From Eledone cirrhosa (taxonomy: Eukaryota): 64,000 nucleotides of DNA. The stretch's first letter is position 1; each line of letters begins with the position of its first letter. The notes under the pieces are model-generated. The model searched no databases. It worked only from the letters and a program-made list of their open reading frames with translations, and had not been told where the DNA came from. This document shows positions 53,101 through 62,100 of this stretch, piece after piece. A program made the translations under genes and the position numbers. The DNA is taken from assembly GCA_964016885.1 (NCBI GenBank), contig OZ024744.1, positions 112,964,001 through 113,028,000 on the forward strand, given 5' to 3'.

Positions 53101-56100
53101 CCCGTCACTTGTGGGAGGTGTACCTGTCACTTGTGGGAGATGTACCTGTCACTTGTGGAAGATGTACCTGTCACTTGTGGGAGGTGTACCTGTCACTTGT
53201 GGGAGGTGTACCTGTCACTTGTGGAAGGTGTACCTGTCACTTGTGGGAGGTGTACCTGTCACTTGTGGGAGATGTACCTGTCACTTGTGGGAGGTGTACC
53301 TGTCACTTGTGGGAGGTGTACCTGTCACTTGTGGGAGGTGTACCTGTCACTTGTGGGAGGTGTACCTGTCACTTGTGGGAGGTGTACCTGTCACTTGTGG
53401 GAGGTGTACCCGTCACTTGTGGGAGATGTACCTGTCACTTGTGGGAGATGTACCTGTCACTTGTGAGAGATGTACCTCTCACTTGTGGGAGGTGTACCTG
53501 TCACTTGTGGGAGGTGTACCTGTCACTTGTGGGAGGTGTACCTGTCACTTGTGGGAGGTGTACCTGTCACTTGTGGGAGGTGTACCTGTCACTTGTGGGA
53601 GATGTACCTTTCACTTGTGGGAGATGTAACTGTCACTTGTGGGAGATGTACCTGTCACTTGTGGGAGGTGTACCTGTCACTTGTGGGAGATGTACCTGTC
53701 AATTATGGGAGATATCATAATCATAGTACTACAATCAGTGTCACAGTTGTGTGAGGGAGGGCGTCCAGCCATAGAAACCATATCTAAAAATAAGGGTTTG
53801 TGGAACCCTTTAGATGTATTGAGGTCATTACAGCCTCCCTAGTGTTGGTGAACTACATTATAAACACATGCAGTATACTCTAAAGTTGTTGGTGATAGGA
53901 AGGGCATCCAGCCATAAAAAACCTGCCAAAGGGATTGGAAGACCCTTTAGTTGTGTCAAAGACATGGCAAACTCCCTTGTGCTGGTGCCACAATAAAATG
54001 CACTCAGTAGAACGCGAGACCATATGTGTGATGCAGACCGCTGGACTGTGGGGGGGGGGGGTTAGCAGCCCCGCTTCAGTACTGTGAAAACTCCAACCCT
54101 TGCTTAAAGGGAAAGAGGACATTAAATGATGTTGTTCTTAAAAAATATCCTTATATTTTCTTTCAAAGCTTCCTGGCATAGTTGTGATTCCAACCCCTGT
54201 CAGAATGAAGGAACTTGTGTCAATTCAGGTGACAGCTTCACCTGCTTATGTAAAGAGGGATTTGAAGGTGATGTATGCGAGACAAACATTAATGATTGCA
54301 AACCATTTCCTTGGTAACTATTACCTGTCTTTCTGTCTTTCTACTCATATAAGATGTTGCTGTTATTTTCTCTTTAGGTACAGAAGCACCCGAAACCACC
54401 CCTGGTTCTATGATACAAAACTGTTTGTTTTAAATTGTTTATATTTATCTAAAAACCTTCCATCATTATTTTATGAACCTTTGTTAAGTTATGTTCCAAA
54501 CATCAATAATGAGAAAGTTTTGATGAGAAAATATTACTAAATCCCTTCCAATTACAGTGTAACACAATTTTTGTCCTTGGGTAGCAACTATTATTTTTTA
54601 TTTGCTTATGCCTAGAAAGTATGAAAAATGGCTAATATTTCCTTAACACTTTGCTTTTATGACCATGATAATATTTCTAGATTTACCTAATCCCATTGGG
54701 AAAACTGCCAAATGTGAACATTCTTGTTCAAGTAAAATTGGAATAAAATGATATACGATTCAAAAAGTATCATTTATTTATTCTAGGATTTTACAAAAAA
54801 CTTAGAAGTGAGTGGGTTTTCGGGATTTACACTTAAGCTGCATACTGCTTTCACGAATCAGTCCCCATATATAGTCGCCCATCATGTTATGATATCCCAG
54901 TGAAAGCGCTCACCTTGCTCTTCAGAGTATGCTCCCATGTTACCCTTCAGTTTATGAAGATAAGTGGCAAGGATATGTACTTTGAGGGATATCCTGCAAA
55001 CCATTTTTCTGAAGTTCTTCACTAGGGTCTCTGCAAGCTCCACATAATTTTCGACCTTGCGATTCTCCAGAAAACCCCGAACCACTGCAACAAAGCTTTT
55101 TCATGCTGCCTCCTCTGTCTTAGTGAACTTCTTGGGGAATTCCTTGAACTCCATGATCTTCATGATTTGTGGTCTGATAAAGACACTGGTTTTCACTTTT
55201 GTCTCAGACAGCTTTGGGAAGAAGTCTCAAAGGTACTTCATGCCTGCCGACTCCTTATCTAGAGCTGTGACAAACTGTTTCACAAGGCGCAAAATGAAGT
55301 GGTGGGAATAATATCTTCCGAGAATCAACCAGTGACTGTCCAAATCACAAAATCAAAGTTACAGGAGAATAATAGTCTTTTCCTGTGTTTTCTAGGCAGT
55401 AAATAACACTTATTGACCAAAGACAAAAAAAAAAGAGTAAAACTTTTGTTACATAGTGTTATTGATGAAATTCAAAATAATTTGATAATCAGTTTTTCAT
55501 TAGAAATATGATGATGAAAGGGTAAATTACATATACCAATTGTTATTTCTATTGTTGTTGGATTGGTAGAACCAGTAGAGCATTGAACAACATTCTTTGC
55601 TGTATTTAGTAATGACTTTCTTCATTGAGTTCAAATACTGCCGAGGTCAACTTTACCTTTCATCATTCAGGAGTTGATAAAATAAAGTACCAGTAACACA
55701 CTGAGGTTGATTTAATCGACTTTCCCCTCCCCCACAAATTGCTATCCTTGTGCCTATAGTAGAAACCATTATTATTCAGTATTGGTAGAGGGTCGGACGC
55801 CATGCTTTGACGCATAGAGTTACGGCCCTTGCCATTCTGAGTTCAAATCCCGCCGAGGTTAACTTTGCCTTTCATCCTTACGGGGGTCGATAACATAAAG
55901 TACCAGTAATACACTGGGATAATTGCTGGCCTTGTGCCTAACGTAGAAACAATTATTTTTATGAATTTGATATCTCAGTCATTGATGTTATTTAACCAAA
56001 AAATGTTCCCAAATGAACATCAAGTCGCTACCCGCTGCCTCAGATATTCAGGACATATCTCGGAGTCCTTGCTGTTCCCAGTAGGCATGCCTTTTGAACT

Positions 56101-59100
56101 GTTCCAAAAAAGGGGCCTGTACTAATGTTCTTTAACCAGTCTTGGAAGCCCTTTGAGACAGTACCTAGTGTTCCTCTGATGATGGGGACCACCTTGATCT
56201 CATGATAGTCCCAAATATTTTTCAGTTCCCACTAGATTTTGGTACCAGTTAATTTTCTCCTTTTCTTGTACTCTTGTGTCAATTTTTATTATTATTATTA
56301 TTGTTGTTGTTGTTGTTGTTGTTTCAGTTATAATGGTGGTCAATGTATCGATGGCGTAAACTGGTACTTGTGTGAATGTAGCAAAGGTTTTGATGGACCA
56401 AACTGCAGAATAAGTAAGTGATTTAGTTCTAACACTTTACAGAGTGAACTGGGTATATTTTATGACACTAGCACTACCACTTTACAGAGTGAACTGGGTA
56501 TAATTTATGACTCTAGCACTACCACTTTACAGAGTGTACTGGGTGTATTTTACTATGGCACCAACACTACCACTTTACAGAGTGTACTGGCTGTATTTGA
56601 TCATGACACCTGCACTACCACTTTACAGAGTGTACTGGGTGTATTATATCATGACACCAACACTACCACTTTACAGAGTGTACTGGCTGTATTTGATCAT
56701 GACACCTGCACTACCATTTTACAGAGTGTACTGGGTGTATTTTATCATGGCACCAACACTACCACTTTACAGAGTGTACTGGGTGTATTTTATGACACTA
56801 GCACTACCACTTTACAGAGTGTACTGGGTGTATTTTACCATGGCACCAACACTACCACTTTACAGAGTGTACTGGGTGTATTTTATGACACTAGCACTAC
56901 CACTTTACAGAGTGTACTGGGTGTATTTTACCATGGCACCAACACTACCACTTTACAGAGTGTACTGGGTGTATTTTATGACACTAGCACTACCACTTTA
57001 CAGAGTGTACTGGGTGTATTTTATGACACTAGCACTACCACTTTACAGAGTGTACTGGGTGTATTTTACCATGGCACCAACACTACCACTTTACAGAGTG
57101 AACTGGGTATATTTTATGACACTAGCACTACCACTTTACAGAGTGTACTGGGTGTATTTTATGACACTAGCACTACCACTTTACAGAGTGTACTGGGTGT
57201 ATTTTACCATGGCACCAACACTACCACTTTACAGAGTGTACTGGGTGTATTTGATCATGACACCAGCACTACCACTTTACAGAGTGTACTGGGTGTATTT
57301 TACCATGGCACCAACACTACCACTTTACAGAGTGTACTGGGTGTATTTTACCATGGCACCAACACTACCACTTTACAGAGTGTACTGGGTGTATTTTATG
57401 ACACCAGCACTACCACTTTACAGAGTGTACTCGGTGTATTTTACCATGGCACCAACACTACCACTTTACAGAGTGTACTGGGTGTATTTGATCATGATAC
57501 CTGCACTACCACTTTACAGTGGTGGTGGTGGTGCTGTTCTCAAACACCCCTTCCAGCGGGTCCTGTCAGAAGCAACCATCTCTAACTGTTCCAGCTGGAT
57601 CCCCAAGCAAGACCAACTTAGCTCATGGATGTTCTCAAACCAACTTGTTCAGGGTCTACCTCTGGGTCTCTTGCTAGTTGGTTTTGTCCAGCGATTCTTT
57701 CCTGAGACATTCTAACCACATGTCATAGTATCACAGCTGTGATCTCTCAATTCAGAGATTCTTTCCTGAGACATTCTAACCACATGTCCATAGTATCAGA
57801 GCTGTGATCTCTCAATTCAGAGATTCTTTCCCGAGACATTCTAACTACATGTCTGTAGTATCACAGCTGTGATCTCTCAATTCAGAGATTCTTTCCTGAG
57901 ACATTCTAACCACATGTACATAGTATCAGAGTTGTGATCTCTCAATTCAGAGATTCTTTCCTCAGATATTATAACCACATGTACATAGTATCAGAGCTGT
58001 GATCTCTCAATTCAGAGATTCTTTCCTGAGACATTCTAACTACATGTACATAGTATCAGAGCTGTGATCTCTCAATTCAGAGATTCTTTCCTGAGACATT
58101 CTAACCACATGTACATAGTATCAGAGCTGTGATCTCTCAATTCAGAGATTCTTTCCTCAGATATTATAACCACATGTACATAGTATCAGAGCTGTGATCT
58201 CTCAATTCAGAGATTCTTTCCTGAGACATTCTAACTACATGTACATAGTATCAGAGCTGTGATCTCTCAATTCAGAGATTCTTTCCTGAGACATTCTAAC
58301 CACATGTCATAGTATCAGAGCTGTGATCTCTCAATTCAGAGATTCTTTCCTGTGATACACACATACATCCACACACACACTCACATTGACTCACACACGC
58401 ACACACTCACACATATTAAACATAGCACAACATCCCACGCTGTTTATTAAAGCTATCAATGTTTTCCAAATTTCAGATATACAAGAATGCACTTCAAATC
58501 CTTGTGCTTTTGGCAGTACTTGCATTGATGACATTGCTAGTTATAAGTGTATTTGTCCACCAGGAAGAACTGGAGAGCAATGTGAAAATGGTTAGTCATT
58601 TCTAGAAATTTATTAACCATTGTTTTAATTTATTTTAATTCCTTGATTTTTTTTTAATACGTCAAACATTCTAAAACGAATGTTCAATAAGTAATGAGGA
58701 CATTTCCAGAGAGACATTATTTATTCTCATAAGCTTACAAAACTTTCTCTACTTCAAAATAAGGACTTTTCACACGTACACACTTGCACAGGCCTTGTCC
58801 CAACTCATGGAAGACTCCCTCCCAGTTCTGTTTCTACAGTACCATCAGGACACTCACCAGTACCTCCTTCAGCTCCTATGTTGACTTGAATCTGATTCCC
58901 ATGTGGCTGTCTTTCATGTGTGGGAACAGGAAGAAGTCACAAGGAACCAAGTCAGGTCGTTAAGGTGGGTGTGGTACCACTTTCATCCCCTTGTTGGTCA
59001 TCCAAGTGGTCATTCAGCATTAACTTGTGACATGGAGTACTATATGGAGATGGTGTAGGACAGAACAAAGAAGAGACACAAAATAACAAGTTAGTCTCTG

Positions 59101-62100
59101 AGGAGATCACAGAATGTGTGACGAAAGAGCTTTAACAATAAATAAACAACCATCCCATTATTAAACCAACCAACTGGAAATTTATAATATGAGTGAAAAC
59201 CACCAGGTGTGTGTGTGTTTTTATTGGCAGCATGACCCTCCCAAAGTATAACAATATCTGTTTCAACACATGTGTTCAGATAAGAAATTTTGCAAAACAA
59301 ATTCATAACCCCAGTAGCAGTGAGTAGGGAGGTGGTCTGGAGACCAAGAACACCAGAAGTCTCCACTGTTACAGGTTTAACAAGACAGTCCACTTCATGT
59401 GGCTCACTCCTGTAGGTAGCCAACACCACCCCAGTAGCAGTGAGTAGGGAGGTGGTTTGGAGAACAAGAACACCATAAGTCTCTACTGTTACAGGTTTAA
59501 CAAGACAGTCCACTTCATGTGACTCGCTCCTGTAGGTAGCCAACACCACCCCAGTAGCAGTGAGTAGGGAGGTGGTCTGGAGACCAAGAACACCAGAAGT
59601 CTCCACTGTTACAGGTTTAACAAGACAGTCCACTTCATGTGACTCACTCCTGTAGGTAGCCAACACCACCCCAGTAGCAGTGAGTGGGGAGGTGGTCTGG
59701 AGACCAAGAACACCAGAAGTCTACACTGTTACAGGTTTAACAAGACAGTCCACTTCATGTGGCTCACTCCTGTAGGTAGCCAACACCACCCCAGTAGCAG
59801 TGAGTAGGGAGGTGGTCTGGAGACCAAGAACACCAGAAGTCTCCACTGTTAGAGGTTTAACAAGACAGTCCACTTCATGTGACTCACTCCTGTAGGTAGC
59901 CAACACCACCCCAGTAGCAGTGAGTAGGGAGGTGGTCTGGAGACTAAGAACACCAGAAGTCTCCACTGTTACAGGTTTAACAAGACAGTCCACTTCATGT
60001 GACTCACTCCTGTAGGTAGCCAACACCACCCCAGTAACAGTGAGTAGGGAGGTGGTCTGGAGACCAAGAACACCAGAAGTCTCTACTGTTACAGGTTTAA
60101 CAAGACAGTCCACTTCATGTGGCTCACTCCTGTAGGTAGCCAACACCACCCCAGTAGCAGTGAGTAGGGAGGTGGTCTGGAGACCAAGAACACCAGAAGT
60201 CTCTACTGTTACAGGTTTAACAAGACAGTCCACTTCATGTGGCTCACTCCTGTAGGTAGCCAACACCACCCCAGTAGCAGTGAGTAGGGAGGTGGTCTGG
60301 AGACCAAGAACACCAGAAGTCTCCACTGTTACAGGTTTAACAAGACAGTCCACTTCATGTGGCTCACTCCTGTAGGTAGCCAACACCACCCCAGTAGCAG
60401 TGAGTAGGGAGGTGGTCTGGAGACCAAGAACACCAGAAGTCTCCACTGTTACAGGTTTAACAAGACAGTCCACTTCATGTGACTCACTCCTGTAGGTAGC
60501 CAACACCACCCCAGTAGCAGTGAGTAGGGAGGTGGTCTGGAGACCAAGAACACCAGAAGTCTCTACTGTTACAGGTTTAACAAGACAGTCCACTTCATGT
60601 GACTCACTCCTGTAGGTAGCCAACACCACCCCAGTAGCAGTGAGTAGGGAGGTGGTCTGGAGACCAAGAACACCAGAAGTCTCCACTGTTACAGGTTTAA
60701 CAAGACAGTCCACTTCATGTGGCTCACTCCTGTAGGTAGCCAACACCACCCCAGTAGCAGCGACTAGGGAGGTGGTCTGGAGACCAAGAACACCAGAAGT
60801 CTCCACTGTTACAGGTTTAACAAGACAGTCCACTTCATGTGACTCACTCCTGTAGGTAGCCAACACAACCCCAGTAGCAGTGAGTAGGGAGGTGGTCTGG
60901 TGACCAAGAACACCAGAAGTCTACACTGTTACAGGTTTAACAAGACAGTCCACTTCATGTGGCTCACTCCTGTAGGTAGCCAACACCACCCCAGTAGCAG
61001 TGAGTAGGGAGGTGGTCTGGAGACCAAGAACACCAGAAGTCTCCACTGTTACAGGTTTAACAAGACAGTCCACTTCATGTGGCTCACTCCTGTAGGTAGC
61101 CAACACCACCCCAGTAGCAGCGACTAGGGAGGTGGTCTGGAGACCAAGAACACCAGAAGTCTCCACTGTTACAGGTTTAACAAGACAGTCCACTTCATGT
61201 GGTTACTCCTGTAGGTAGCCAACACCACCCCAGTAGCAGTGAGTAGGGAGGTGGTCTGGAGACCAAGAACACCAGAAGTCTCTACTGTTACAGGTTTAAC
61301 AAGACAGTCCACTTCATGTGACTCACTCCTGTAGGTAGCCAACACCACCCCAGTAGCAGTGAGTAGGGAGGTGGTCTGGAGACCAAGAACACCAGAAGTC
61401 TTCATGGTTACAGGTTTAACAAGACAGTCCACTTCATGTGGCTCACTCCTGTAGGTAGCCAACACCACCCCAGTAGCAGTGAGTAGGGAGGTGGTCTGGA
61501 GACCAAGAACACCAGAAGTCTCCACTGTTACAGGTTTAACAAGACAGTCCACTTCATGTGGCTCACTCCTGTAGGTAGCCAACACCACCCCAGTAGCAGC
61601 GACTAGGGAGGTGGTCTGGAGACCAAGAACACCAGAAGTCTCCACTGTTACACCTTTGACCACAAACCTATGAAGAGCGACCAATCCATTTGTGTGTTTC
61701 CACTTGCCCCTCTAACATTCTCCCACTTATCTTTATGTCTTTTACCTCTTCTCATCTTTTCAACACTCTACTTTTATTGGTGTTGTATCTAACAAAATTG
61801 ACCAAATCCTTTTTGTTGTTGTCCTTAACAAATATTCCAGCTATTAGTGATTCTAATACTCCACTTAGGTTAATTGGTTTAGTTATATTATGTTTGGAGA
61901 GGGTCATGTTGTCCTAAAATAGTAAAACACACTCACTGTTTGGTTTGGTTTTTTCTGATTCAACTGGAACATGTCTTTAATTTCTCTTTGTCTCAATCTC
62001 CATTTCAGTCAACTTTCCTGCTTTGATCCTTCTTTCTTAATCCTTTCTTCCTCATACTGCTTTGATTCTCCTCTGATCCTTCCTCTCTTGATTCTTCTTC

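Noticed and set aside
52717-53720. Cys-rich 249-332 aa ORFs (metallothionein/keratin-like)
   Set aside because: Open in several frames only because the 22-bp unit lacks stops; intronic minisatellite.
56507-57715. 402-aa ORF
   Set aside because: Translation of the 45/48-bp array running into a LINE fragment; no splice or domain support.
59721-60866. 381-aa minus-strand repeat protein gene
   Set aside because: 120-bp satellite of retroelement origin, interrupted by stop variants and a frameshift.
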